Origin: Antedon mediterranea | Taxonomy: Eukaryota > Animalia > Echinodermata | Reading direction: 5' to 3' | Length of the DNA: 64,000 nt | Assembly: GCF_964355755.1 (NCBI RefSeq) | Contig: NC_092677.1 | Coordinates: 26,089,175-26,153,174, forward strand | Shown here: piece after piece, positions 13,419-28,300 of the stretch | Layout: each line of letters begins with the position of its first letter | How positions within the stretch are numbered: the first letter of the stretch is position 1 | Position numbers and translations under genes: made by a program | The notes under the pieces: model-generated | Seen by the model: the letters and a program-made list of their open reading frames with translations, nothing else | Told to the model about the DNA's origin: nothing | The model's database searches: none

Positions 13419-16339
13419 CTAAAAAATATATTATATGCTTATCATTATTGGCCATTATACGTCATAGCAATCATTATCATCGTCGTCGTCGTTGTCATCG
13501 TCGTTGTCATACTTTTCGTCGTTGTCATCGTCGTTTTCATCGTCGTTGTCACATCACATTTTTTTTCTTCACGTAAAGTTTAATAGTGTAGACAGAGCTT
13601 TAGTCAACGTATCTTTAAGATACCGTACTATTTTTGATAGCGAGAATGAACTATTGTATCTTGATTGCACTGCATATCCATTTTATTGAGTAGAGTTTTA
13701 CAGCTAATAAAGTGTATATATCTTTCTATAGGAGAATATATTGGATTATTCAACAAAATGAATCTACTGTATCGAACTACTTTCCTTCTCCCCATTTAAT
13801 CAAAACAAACTTTTTAACTTCACGTGGCGTACACACTCGGAATCTAGGGCACGCACAGTATCTTCATCTCGATGAAACTAGTTCAATGTTCAGTGTCTTG
13901 GTCATAATGTCATAATTTTATTTACTCTCGAGCTTAGGTCGTATTATTCTAATATACTGTATACCGTTATTGCTTGCTAAACAAAAGCGTGTCATGCATA
14001 CATGTGCATTGTTTGTAAATGAGGCCTGGATTTCAAGAAACACAAACTCCGCACATGCGTGGTATGTAGCATTAGCAATATATAAATGTGCGCGTCGAAG
14101 CTGCGCACTGTAAACAAGATTGTTAAATTTGCGGTAAAAAGCTGGCAGTTTTTAGTTGCGCGCTAACGCGACTCTACTCAAATTTGAGCACGCGACTGCA
14201 GCCATGTATATGGCCTTGTTTGCTGTTAAGGTTATTTTTGAAAATTTAAGATGTACAACTATAGGCCTAAACACTGTAAATCGAATTACAGTTAACTGAA
14301 ACAATTTATACAGCAATAACAGACTGTAAATTTTACAGTAAAACATTGGAAAAAATACTGCTAGCTTTTTATCGTAAATTTAACAATTTGTTTTCTCCTT
14401 GCAGTCAAGAATATCTAAAGGCATCTGGTGCAATAGTCTGTGGCATCACAATGTGAACATTTAAAAAAAATCAAATATCTTGAATTGCTGTAACAGATAT
14501 ACAGCACAGGGGTGGCGCCAGGATCTTCCCGACGCGGGGGCTACATTCCCCGACGAGGGGGGCTATGCGAGCGAAGCGAGCATCACTAGGCTGGGGGCCA
14601 GGGGGCCGCCAAGGGCCCCCGGTGGGGGTCCAGGGGGCGAAGTCCCCGGAAGCAACGCGTTCTAGCGTCATTTGAGGACATTTGAATCAGATTTAGGGTA
14701 GCCATTTTTTCCATTTTTTATAACGCATAAATAAAATACTGCGTGCAAAAAAACGATGCGCGATGACTGTTTTAATCCATATTTTTCAATTTAAAAAATA
14801 AAAGTTCAAAGAAAATTTAGAAAAATAGAGTTGGAGGTCCCGGAAATTGGACTTATTATACTTCAAAACATGAAACAAAATATATAAGTCCCTATCAAGG
14901 TTGTGACTGAGCTAAGAAATGTTTGAAAAATAGAGATGTTACGTCCCGGAAAATGCACTTCTTGTACTTCGAAATATGACCAGCTTTATTGTTGGGGCTG
15001 AACTAAGAAACTGTTTAAAACTACAGCTGCAGGTCTTCAAAAAATTGCATTTTATACTTCGGAAACATCAGGCCTAGAGGCTTAAAAAACGCAAGCGTAG
15101 ACATTTTTCAGTCGGGGAAATAAGTTTATTCCTCCCAAGTGTATGCGTGCGTACCATCTGGACTTCCGAGTGGTGAGAAATTCATGACATACAGGACATT
15201 GAAAATGTAATAACTTAGCTATAATAAGATGTTGGCTAAGCGAAAATGGCATGTTTTTTTGTTTAGTAATGGATGAAAAATTTATTTTAGGTGCCCCACG
15301 GTACAGAATGTTACTTGTAAATTAAAAAAATTGGTGAACATACGAACAATTAACATAATTCGTTTTTGCTGTAGTGTTACGTGTAGCGTACGTCGACGCG
15401 CAGTACACGACGTAACCGTCAGTAAACTTCGCCTGGAAAATAACTACAGTACACATTTTGGTCCCTGGATGGAACATGATATCACGCGTCTCGACCCAAC
15501 GTTGAACGATTCGTACAAAGGGATACCGCCAGACAAGTGCGAACCTAGCTATTGTTTAGTAGTAAGTTAGATCGCTGGCAATAATGAATGCATATAAAGT
15601 GCATAATATCACTCTGACGTACTCTCACGGTCAATGAAACGTCGCGGTTTTCTAGGCGCTGAAGCTAGCTACGAAGTGAACGCGAACGCTTTTTACTGTA
15701 TATTATATTCCCCGACAAAAAGTACCCGTGTTCCCTTCGGTAAACTTCGCCTGGAAAATAACTACATTACACATTTTGGTCCCTGGATGGAACTTGATAT
15801 CACGCGTGTCGACCCAACGTTGAACGATTCGTACAAAGGGATACCGCCAGACAAGTGCGAACCTAGCTAATGTTTAGTAGTAAGTTAGATCGCTGGCAAT
15901 AAATGAATGCATAAAAGTGCATAATAGCCCTCTGACGTACTCTCACGGTCAATGGAACGTCGTGGTTTTCTAGGCGCTGAAGCTATATGAAGTGAACGCG
16001 AACGTTTTTTACTGTATATTATATTCCCCGACAAAAAGTACCCGTGTTCCCCGACGGGGGGGGGGGGGGGGGGGTATTGGCTAGGCTCCCCGACGAGGGG
16101 GCTAGAGCCCCCGTAGCCCCCCCGCTGGCGCCACCACTGATACAGCAGTAGGCCCTACATAGCAAACAACTTTTACAAATTTACTGATTTTTGTAAAACA
16201 GCTGTTTGATGTAATTGTTTACATTAAAAAAACTGTACATTTAACAGTTTTTTACAGTGCACTAACGATCTGGTTTCATTAATCATTATACTGTATCAAT
16301 GTCTTAAGCTCTGTCTACACTATCAAATTTAATGTGACG

Positions 16340-16373
<34 letters not shown>

Positions 16374-19300
16374 TATTTATTCATATGGATATGATGATGT
16401 CATATCACTACCATGTTTAAGCATATCACTACCATATTTAGGTATATCTCACTTTGTTTTTGTCAAACTAGTTTGATAGTGTAGATAGAGCTTTATGGCA
16501 CTTACCTGTATATCAGACTTCTCCATCTTATCAGTTTTTATGGCAGGGGCGACCGATGATGGATATCCAAGTGGCGGCCGCGACCACGACGCGTCGCCAA
16601 CGCTCGACCTGTGGTGACTTATCTGTGTCATCGTAGTCTTAAACTTTGTATCAATGACATCTCCTTTTCCTTTATAAACCATATATATCTGTATATGATA
16701 AATAGTAGACAAATAATTGATGACGTCGTATAATCGAGATTATAGAGCCAGGGAAAACTAAATGCAACGATGCCATTTTAAACTACAGCAGCACGCAATT
16801 CCTATTCTCAAACTCCTCTCTCTCATTAATGTCAAACGCATTTTGTATATAATTTGAGAAGAATACATTATGTGATATAGTTATATAAGCTATAACAATG
16901 TTGACATTACGTTAAAGAAACTAATGTAATATAATCAATATATCATGCGTTAGATAATAAATAAGGTTAGATAGTGGAATTTATCATATAAAGCTTGAAC
17001 GCATGATATGATGTGATCATTAATTGTGAAAATAATGCTAAACGTGTTTCGCTGTTATAGCTAAATACAGAAGAGAAGTTAAGCATAGAAGAAAAATGGA
17101 CGTTTTAACGTCTGCATACAAAGACACTTAGATTATCACGAAAGATAAAAAAAACTATACTCAGATTTAAAAGCTTAAATGTTGAGCTTTCATCACAAAG
17201 ATTTAACGTACAGTGTATGTCATAATATTTTTTTATAATAGTCTGATGCGAGCTAAAAATCTTGCATCAAACATATAATAGCAACATAATGAGATATTCA
17301 ATGCACTGATTGCGTACCATATCACACTATTGTCAGTTTTTCTAAGAGTTTAATCCGGTCTCAACCTGGCGTACCATACTCTAATGCTCGTATATATACA
17401 ATATGGCCTAAAGCGTGGTTCCCACTAGAACGCAACGCAGCGACGTATTGACGTAAAGTGCTGTATTGCGTAATCACAAGTAGGAACCGACGACGCAATA
17501 GTGCTGTAAACAATGCAGGTTTGATTTCACTCAGGCGGGAAAGAAACAATTATTGTAAGGGCATTTTCTTACGTTGCGTAGATTGCGTTACATTGCGTCG
17601 CTAGTGGGAACCAAGCTTTATAAAAATATGAGTTTATCTCGCACCTCAAACAACACCCAACAGCGCGTGCGTTTAAGCGTGGTTCCCACTAGAATGCAAC
17701 GCAACGACGTATTGACGCAAAGTGATGCATTGCGTAATCACAAGTGGGAGCCGACGACGCCACAGTGCTGCAAAAATCGGTTTGATTTCACGAAGGCGGG
17801 TGCAAACACAATTATTTGAAGGGCATTTTCTTACGTTTCGTCGGTTGCGTTGCGTCGCTAGTGGGAACCAAGCTTTAACACTGCAGTAAATACAAACAGA
17901 ATGAAATACATAAACATAGACAAACACAAAGAAAACAGAGTAAATGTAACGTACCTTACTACCAAATAAAAGAACTAGAACCACTGTGGTTGTCAACTGG
18001 GTATGTGCAAAATCTATAACGTGCATCAGATCAGGATTGGCAAGATCATGAAGGAAAAACCTAAAACAGATTTGAAACAAAAGACATCAGTATCCATTGT
18101 AAGACAAGCATGGTTATTATATACCAAGGCAATCTAATCAGGATGAGGAATTTCGGAGATCAAATGGGTTTATCTATGGCTGCGATATGATCAGTTCCAC
18201 GCTTCTTAACAGACACTTCGCGCCGCGGAGAATATGTAAATATACAGTACTGTTGGTATTCGTCGCAGCCAGACATAAGATCAAAAGACTGTTACAAGTT
18301 CCTATCTTGGTAAGGCGAGCTCTTTCTTTCTTTTTCTTTCATTTATTTGGCATCTCAATAAATAACATTAAAAATACATCAATAATATATAAAATCACCT
18401 TAAATATTAATATACATGTACATCAAAAAAGCAAATAAAAATGGCGGGATTAATGAAGTCTGACGATGCACGGGAAAACACATAAAGTCGTTTAAAGTAA
18501 AACAACTTAATTCCAATGTGGTCCCTAAAAAGATAGTAATTATAATTTATAACTCAATGTTCTGTTGTTAGAATACACGGTTCTCGCATGGTTGTATAAA
18601 GTAGGCCTACACAATTTTGATACTCACGGTAGGCCATTTATAATTTTAAAGGAGATTTTTAAATTATGTGGTATAAACATAGATTAAATGCAGAGCGGCT
18701 AGGTACTTCTCGTGGCAAAAAGTAATCTTGTAGATAGAATAGGGTTTACAGCTCATTCGTGTTTTAAACCCCGGTGTATTACTGCACATGTTTCGTTGAT
18801 TGGTGTGAGAGTAAAATTTGTCTGAGGGTAGGCCCAGATTGTAGTCTGGGTTCTAAGTTTTTACTTACGGTAATATTTAGTAAAAATATAACTATTCTGG
18901 TACATATGGCGTTTCATACGTATATTACTTGAGCTTTCAGACAAACATCGAAAAGCCCAGAAATAACTACAGATATTGGACAAGTCTAGGTATATAGTGA
19001 CCTGGAGGAGAAGTCATCATAATCATCTTTACTATTAGCGAAATATAATTGTTTAATTTTTATATCATGCAGATTAAAACGTTTCTCAAAACGCAACGAT
19101 AGTTTTTAAATGTCAAAAATGACATGTAGGCCAATTAATCATATTTGAATTATCGTAATTAACAATGACGTCACCGCGTAACATGCTTTACAAACATTAT
19201 AAGTCTTTTCAATTTGTGTTTAGATGTTTCCAATTAGGATAACAACAAGATACTTTGAAACCTAAAACACTAATTAAATTTAATTCACGAATTTTGTAAC

Positions 19301-22300
19301 GTTATTTATAACTGATTATTTTCAGCTGCCGTTACAGAATGTCTTTTAATATGAAACCATTGTATTATTAATCTGTGACATTATACAAAAATAATAAATC
19401 AATCAAATCGTCTAATTTATTTATATACAAAATATTTAAACTGTAGTTTTAGTAAAACGTGACTGCGCCAGGTGAATGTGTGACGTCATTGGTATATTAA
19501 AGATCGGCAATTCAATTTAAGAAGTATTGTTTTTGTTATAGCGTGTTAAATCGTTCGCATCCATCAGAATCATCAAGCGCGCCTTATTATGAGTCTTGTA
19601 GTGTTTTTGATCAGAAGAGGTCTGTTCAGCAGACACATAATTCGAACCCAGGCTCTATAGAATGTAATAATAATACACCACCAGGCCTTGTAGGCCTATT
19701 ACATGAAGTAACTTTTGATAGGAATTGAATACAACTACAATACTCCTATTATACAATGTGTCAAGCGTTACTACAACCAATTAAAAAATCCGAACCCAGG
19801 CTCTATGTAACAATACACTAGCATTGTAGGCCTATTACATGAAGTAACTTTTGATAGGAATTGAATACAACTACAATACTCCTATTATACAATGTGTCAA
19901 GCGTTACTACAACCAATTAAAAAATCCGAACCCAGGCTCTATGTAACAATACACTACCATTGTAGGCCTATTACATGAAGTAACTTTTGATAGGAATTGA
20001 ATACAACTACAATACTCCTATTATACAATGTGTCAAGCGTTACTGCAACCAATTAAAAAATCCGCGATAAAGATATCACAACGCCAATTTCTCTGCCGAT
20101 AAAGCGTGGTTGACACTAGAACGCGACGCAAAGTGCTGTATTGCGTAATCACAAGTGGGAACCGACGACGCAACAGTGCTGCAAACATCGCAGGTTTGAT
20201 TTCACGCAGGCGGGGGCAAACACAATTATTAGAAGGGCATTTGCTTACGTCGCGTAGGTTGCGTTACGCTGCGTATTTAGTGGGAACCAAGCTGAAGCAT
20301 GTACAGGCTCATATTCATCCTGTTATTATTATATTATTATATTTTCCATTTATAGCAGTAGCGTAACGGCTATGAGCGCTCACTGGTTAATTAACCCAGG
20401 GGCCCCGGAGCTTATGGGGTGTCCAGAGGAAAAACAGGCATTCAATATGTTGAAAAGGCTAAACACGTCCGAGGCCTCCATGCCACTTAGGGTTCCTAAA
20501 CTAGGGGCCTGAGGGGCATCACGCCACTGATCTATAGTCTGCCACGATCAAATTAATAATAATGACACTTACAATGCTATTCCAGAAAACACTGATAATA
20601 ACGTTTCGTTGTATATTGCCCAACTTATGAAACGACTTTCATTGAATTCAGATGGCGCCTTCCTCACGTTGTAGCACAAACGTACACCCCAGAGCAGAAA
20701 CAGCAACTCGACTATAAAAATGAAAAACGAGAAACATAAAAATGAATTATTGAATCATATAACGCAGGCAACTGTCATTAAAATTGTGTTATTTATTCGT
20801 GTGTTATTTTTTTAGATAAGAATTATAATTATGTCCATTACAGCGAGTGCAGTTTTGATATGATGCTAAATGCTTTTTCCTATATGTCACGCGAGACCAG
20901 CTTAGTTTATGTAGACGGCTGCCCGATAATAGTGACTGTAAAGCGTGATTTCCACTAGGACGCAACGCAAGGACATATAACGCAACGCAAAGTGATTTGA
21001 CCAATCTCAAGCGATGGATTATTCCAACAGTCGCGTGTGATTGGTCAACTCGCTTGCGTTGCGTCTGTTACGTCCTTGTGTTGCGTCGCTAGTGGGAACC
21101 AAGCGGGGGATAATGAGATGACAGAGGGGACAATGATGGTGACAGAGGGGATAGTGTGATGACAGAGGGGATAGTGTGATGACCGAGGGGATAATTTGAG
21201 GACAGAGTGATCAACTTGACATAATATTTACCAAGTGTTCCTGCATGATCCCACCAATCATTAGAACACTGTATTGACTTCACCCCTGTCATTGACTGTA
21301 CTGTTATGACTGTTGGCGGTGATATTGCCGTCCTTGCTACCAGATAACCTAGGAATACAATCTGTATGATACACAGCCTCTTTATTAAATCAGCGTCCGT
21401 GATGCGAACACGAAGGGCAGACTGCACTTTGAATACCACTGCAATCCTGTAACGAAAATAATTTAAAGCTCTGTCTACACTATCAAACTAGTGTGATGTG
21501 CCCAAATATGACATTGATATGCCTTAATAATGGTAGTGATATGACATCATCATTTCCATATGGGCACATCACATTTTTTTGTCACATTAAGTTTGATAGT
21601 GTAGACAGAGCTGAAGGTTTAGCGCAAATCGGTTGCGTGACGCATGATGGGAATGCTTTGAGAGCAAACGTCACGACGCGTACGTACAGGATTTGTTTTG
21701 TTTGCTCCTAAACCCTTCCCATTATGCAATGAAGTTCCTCGGGAAATCAAGCTATTTTCAATAAACCTCATTGCCATGTTTCCGGTCTAATCATAAATTA
21801 TGATAGTTAAAGACTATAACATCTCCAAACAACAGGCTTCGGAGAAAACACGTAAAATTACGCGCACCGTAACAAACTAAACTAAGTTTGCGTCGTAGTG
21901 TGAAATACTATACATTTGTTGATTTTCGACGACCTATAAAAGCATATTGACTTCTTGTGCGCATGCGTGTGAGTTTGTGTGGAAATTTTTTATGCACGGT
22001 CGTCATCAAGAACTCAAACGTAAGTCCCGTCGTCTTAAATCGAAAGCTCCCTATTCGCACCGCAAAATGAATTACTAGTGTATACCGCGTCTTCGTGCAA
22101 GATCGTCATGTATATTTCTATAAATCAAAAATAGGCCTACATCATACATGCTTAAAAGCTCTCATTCTGTTCTGCACTTAAAAATAATGTAACTCTAAGT
22201 ATCAACTCTATATAGTTTATACTTTAATGGATTTTAGAAATTCTTCAATTTAAATTTAAATACTTGCACACCGGTGCATGCAACACCACATCAGCGGAAG

Positions 22301-25300
22301 TGAAAACGACAGCTTAACGAATCAGTCTTGCGTAGCAAAAGCGTTAGTTTTCACTACTACTATATAGATTCCAGTACAGTACTGTACTACTAAAGCTTGG
22401 TTCCCACTAACGACGCAACGTAATGCAATATACGCCGCGCAACGTAAGAAGATGCCTTTCCAATAATTGTGTTTGCCTGCGTGAAATTAAACCTGCTATG
22501 TTTGCCGCACTGTCGTTGCGTCGTCGGTTCCCACTTATGATTACGCAATACATCACTTTGCGTCAATATATGTCGTTGCGTTGCGGATTAGGCCTTCTAC
22601 CACGGGGACGTACCAACCGGCAGCCAGCAGTGCAGCGCCTAACAGATCAGCACAAGGAGACGATACCCTATTCTTTTCGAATAGTGAACCAAGTTCTTTA
22701 ACATGCACTGTGCAAACTGGAACAACAACGGCTTTACGTCCCATCCGAAGGAGGAGACAATGAGAGAGTAAAGCATCTTGTGATAGGTTTGTAAGTCATA
22801 GTCCAGATTTTAGACGGCAATTCGACTTAATATTGATTTCTAAAAAATACGAACATTTTGGCACACATGGCGTGTTATACGTATATAGAGCTTTAGAATA
22901 TACTGTACGTATAGTTTATTAGAATCGTTTCATACTGGGATCAAAAAGTAATATAAACTAATATGACTGATGTGATGTAAGCGTGTATTCAACAACATTA
23001 AAAATGTTGATATAAAGTTTGCGGTACACCACGTATATTAGTTTCTCGACGTTTAGATCAATATGCTTTGATTGTCCTCAGGAGTGAGAATGGCATCAAA
23101 TGGTAAAAATGGCATCAAATGGCGCCCCATACCTACCTCCATGTTTTAAGAAGTAGCGCCCCATACGAAGTGGCAAAGCCAGCCACTTGAAACCACTTCT
23201 GTAGAATGCATTTTGTAGTTGTAAGCTCACTATACCCAGCTAGAACCTGTTATTATTATTACGACAACAAAATGAACATAATTCAATTCAATTTATTTGG
23301 TCAAACGTTACAAAATAAATTACAGGAAAGATGAATTGCTAATATTTAAGTACAATAGATACCTTTGTGCTTGAATTATTATTATTCTGTGACGTAAGAG
23401 TGTTTTAAAATCAGGTCACGTAATGTAGCTTGATGAAGTGTTTGGTTTACATGGCAATTGGTTTGTACACCGTGTTCACATTTAACAAATGTAGACATAT
23501 TCAAATAATGGATTGATTGATTGAAAGAATGATTGATGAATTTATCGTTCAGACTGAATTACTTTAATTATTGTGTTCTACTTTAGGCCTATATCCATTT
23601 TTCTTGATTTAAAATCCTTACTATATAAATAACTATTCGACTTAAAGCTCTGTCTACACTATCAAACTAGCTTTACCAAAATAGTGTAATGTGCATAAAT
23701 ATTATGGTAGTGATATACCCAAATATGGTAGTGATATACCCAAATATGGTAGTGATATACCCAAATATGGTAGTGATATACCCAAATATGGTAGTGATAT
23801 ACCCAAATATGGTAGTGATATACCCATGTATGATAAATGGCATTTTTTTTGTCACATAAATTTTGATAGTGTAGACAGAGCTTTAAGCTTGATTCACTCA
23901 GGACCAATTACAACCGAGAGTTTGAATGACCCACTCTTAGTATTTTTGTAGATATGTGTTTTTAAATTACACTATTGTGCGGTAATTATTTCAGTGAATA
24001 ATTGATATTAATCAAAACTTACCCGACAATATAACAGCAACGAACCAAATAGAATAATTCGTAATAGCATGGGGCTGGCTGCTTTTACAACCTGAAAAAA
24101 ATTAGACAAATCATCTGTATACATTCTTTAATGTAACAGACTGAAATCCACTCTTTTGGAGTGAATGGTCACTCTATTGAGGAGTGTGCCACATCTCTTT
24201 TTAGAGTAAATAGTGAAGAAAATTCACTCTAAAAATTGTGTTTCTTATTCCAACTACTGTTTCTTTTAAACTATCTTAAAGATGTTTTGTCCCTAAAAAC
24301 ATGAAAATGAAGAATAATTAAATCAGACTTTGAATAGGTTATTTTGTAGTTTTAATAAAGTTAATCACTTTCATAGGAGAAAAAAATGTTTTCACAACAT
24401 AATAAATGGTTAAATTCAACCAAAAATCCACTGGCTGTCAGCTAATTTGTGCTTTAAATTACAGTTTTTTCAGGTAAATAAATTTTGTTTTGATCCAATT
24501 TTTGGTCAAAGTGGATAACTATTATGTTATATATTAAAATGGCATAATCAACAAAAACAATATTTTACAATTATTTTTCAGGGACAACATCTTTAAATGT
24601 GAATTTAAAATCTTTAAATGTGAATTTTAAAATCTAAAATCTTACCTTTATGTTCCTGTAGGCTAGTGTAAAATAAAACAGAGCGGCAAGTCCAACGATA
24701 GCCATACAGTCGACCGCTAATAACACGTTTCTTAGGACCCAATTGTATACAAATATACAAGATTGACCATTTGTGCACTCATCACATCCGTCTCCGCATG
24801 GTAGACATATTAAATCCTTGTAATTATTATCAACTCGTATCATATATTTACGAAATTCTTCTTCCATCTCTGAGCCGTTGTAAAGACGTTCTTCCGCCGT
24901 CTCGTTCGGGAAGTAATATCCTTTTTTGCAGATACAGACATAAGAGCCTCTACGGAATCCTTTCCCAGAAACAAATTTACACTGCAAAATAACGTAACAC
25001 ATATTGAGGACTCTTAAAACACGTATTCATCTTCATGCATGTCAGAGGTTAGCCCCATGCATGTCAGAAGTCAGCCTCTCCATGAGTGTCAGAGTTCAGC
25101 CCCCTAGCGTGTCAGAAGTTATCCCTATGCGTGTCAGAAGTCACCTCCCCCCCCCCCATGCGTGTCAGAGGTCATTCCCCATGCGTGTCAGAAGTCATCC
25201 CCATGCGGTCAGAGGTTAGCCTTCCCAGGCGTGTCAGAGGTCATCGCTCATGCGTGTCAGAGGTCATCCCCATGCATGTTAGAGGTCATCCCCCATGCGT

Positions 25301-28300
25301 GTCAGAACTCAGCCTCATGGTCCACAATCCCCTACCACCTCGTTCATCAAACAGCACACGGGCTAGCTACAGTAATTTCAATATATTGAAGTATAGTCCT
25401 ATAAAGATTTTTTTTTCATTCGTAGCAGCTTCAACAGTTTAAATATATTAACCGACATTAATAATAACAGAACTGACCGCCAAAAAGATAAATGAACTGC
25501 AAGGTAACTCGCAATCTCTGTGTTTATCGATTAATCCATTTCCAACGTAATAACTTTGACTATTAATACTAGTATAATAATGTAAGTGTACAAATGCGCA
25601 GATTAACATACTTCTTAAATTAATTCTAATGCGACATTAAATCCTCATTGGATTTAACCATCGATTGTTAACTGGTTACATCATTACTAACTCTGACCTC
25701 CTGCCACACGTCTGTTCCAAAGAGTGTATCGATAATTTCGAAAGCAGGTGTTATTCATTACGATTTGATTTGATGTCGTAAATATACACATGTATTTTGA
25801 TTTCCTAAGCACGTTTTCTTTCGAAAGTGAAGCAGTAGTTTAGCCACGCCGTAAATAAGCGCACGTATTCTGACCACCTACAAGACGTCTTTTCCAGAAA
25901 GAGTTTAGAAATATTTTGGTTAAGGTTTTGCCAGTTCGTTACGATTTGTAGACCAGCCGTAAATATACGCACGACCTCCTACAACACATCTTTTCCAGAG
26001 AGTATAGCAATATTTTTGTTAGAAGGTGTCACCATTTCGTTACGATTTGTAGACCAGCCATAAATATACGCACGACCTCCTACAACACATCTTTTCCAGA
26101 GAGTATAGCAATATTTTTGTTAGGAGATGTCGCCATTTCGTTACGATTTGTAGACCAGCCGTAAATATACGCACGACCTTCTACAACACATCTTTTCCAG
26201 AGAGTATAGCAATATTTTTGTTAGGAGATGTCGCCATTTCGTTACAATTTGTAGACCAGCCGTAAATATACGCACGACATCCTACAACACATCTTTTCCA
26301 GAGAGTAGCAATATTTTGTTAGGAGGTGGTGTCGCCATTTCGCTATGATTTGTAGAACACGCTGTAAATATACGCATCATGTACTCAGCTCTGAACCAAC
26401 CTTCGGAATTCCTTCAACCAGAACGGCTGTAGTATTTTCATATTCTTATATATATATATATATAATTGATTATCGCTAACAATCGATTATATTAGTTACT
26501 CACAGTTTGTGTTTCTCGGTGGCATTTATCTGAACCAGCAAACACGTTGTCCACTTCTTCTTCTGTGGCGTTTTCACTCACTGGACATTGGTCAATATCG
26601 ATGTCCCGTAAATCAATATCTATCCCACTTGTTCCTCTTTATTGAAAAAAAAAAAAAAAAAATCTAAATAAATTAAAAATTAGAAAATTAAATGAAAGAA
26701 AAAAAATGTAAATGTAAACCAACAGCAAAAATTACTTTTATCATGAAAAGACCGTGCGCGTCAAAAGCTTGTTTCCATGGACACAAAGTAAGGGTGTACG
26801 ACGCACAACGCAAGTTGACCAATGACAAGCGACAGGTTAGTAGGCCTTGTGCAACCGCCCATGGTTGTCTCTGGCAAATATACAGACAATGCATGCATCG
26901 GTATGCTCCCGCCTATTATATTCAAATATACGAAAGAATTATAAATAAATTCCTTCATGTTTTAAAAACGCAGTAGAATAAAAATACGGTTTGAAGATAT
27001 AATGACTTATATACCTCAGAGACATGATTTGTTGAATTTAACAGTTGTCTTTTTAAAGTGAAATCATTATATTTGTTCGTTTTTTTCTGCGGCGTTGAAT
27101 ACATTTATTAAACTACAAAATGGCCTAATCAAAGTTCGATTTTTTTTGTTCATCTTTATTTTTCATGTCTTTTAGGACAATAAATCTTTAATTCCAAAAT
27201 AAATGAATGTGTATCTACTGCGTACGCCTTGACATTTCTATCGTTTCTTAATGTTTAAAATAATGACTATAAAATACATTCTGATGGATTCTTCGTATAT
27301 ACTTACTTAATTTACGTAGACGTATCAAATTTCCAATATCGGAAAGTTTCCCGTTTCAATTTAAATACACGAAAACGTGCTCATAATATTGAATCTTTAC
27401 TACGCTAATCGCTCTGACGATTTCACAATTTATAGTATTTATTGTAACTTTGATTAATGCATTTCTTGTCTACTTGCCATTTACTAATAACAAAGATTAT
27501 TATTTTTTAAAGACATTTGAATACGACAGCTATCTGGGCGCTGATTGACTTGTACGCATGCGCATACTGTTTGTATGCTTTATATTTGTCGCGACCCGGA
27601 TGAAAACAACCCTCTCGTATTAAATGTATTGTAAAACCACGGTATGCTGCTTATGGCGTAGTCTGGGTTCCATATTTTGGCACATATGGCGTTTCATACG
27701 TATACTACTTCAGCTTTTAAAAACCCAGACAAAAATCAAACGTCGACTGGTAAACTAACATAAAAAAGACAATAATTAAATACAGACTTGAGGCAAGTCT
27801 ACTTATTGCAGCGTAAGGCATCATTTTGCAGCTTTTCGAATTTTATAATTATTCGTAGTGTTATTCGTTACGTTTTTGCGCATGCGCAGTATTTGTTGCT
27901 CATTAAGCTTGATCCCCACTCCAGGGCATAGACGCAGCTTGAAAAATCCATCGCTTGTGATTGGTCAAATTACTTATTACGTTGCGCTTACGTTCGAACC
28001 AAACTTTAGGATACGAACTTCAAGGAACTTAACGCTCTGTCTACACTATCAAATGTTATGTGACAAAAGAAATGTGATGTGTCCATATATGGACATATGT
28101 AATATCACTACCATATTTGAGATATTACTACCGTATTTGGGTACATCACACTTTTTTTGTCAAACTAGTTTAGTAAAACTTACTTAAAGTAATATGTACC
28201 GTTGTCAGTCATTCCAAGGAACGGTATTGTATACGTCATCATCCAGATGTAGCCTCCACCGCAGTCGAAGTATGGTGGACTCCAATGGCCGTCTTCATAA

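Noticed and set aside
23662-23951. YGSDIPK / YHYHIWV repeat ORFs
   Set aside because: Internal 21-bp minisatellite of a family C MITE
25004-25442. Overlapping ORFs with CVSEV/HACQR repeats
   Set aside because: Translations of a ~24-bp minisatellite
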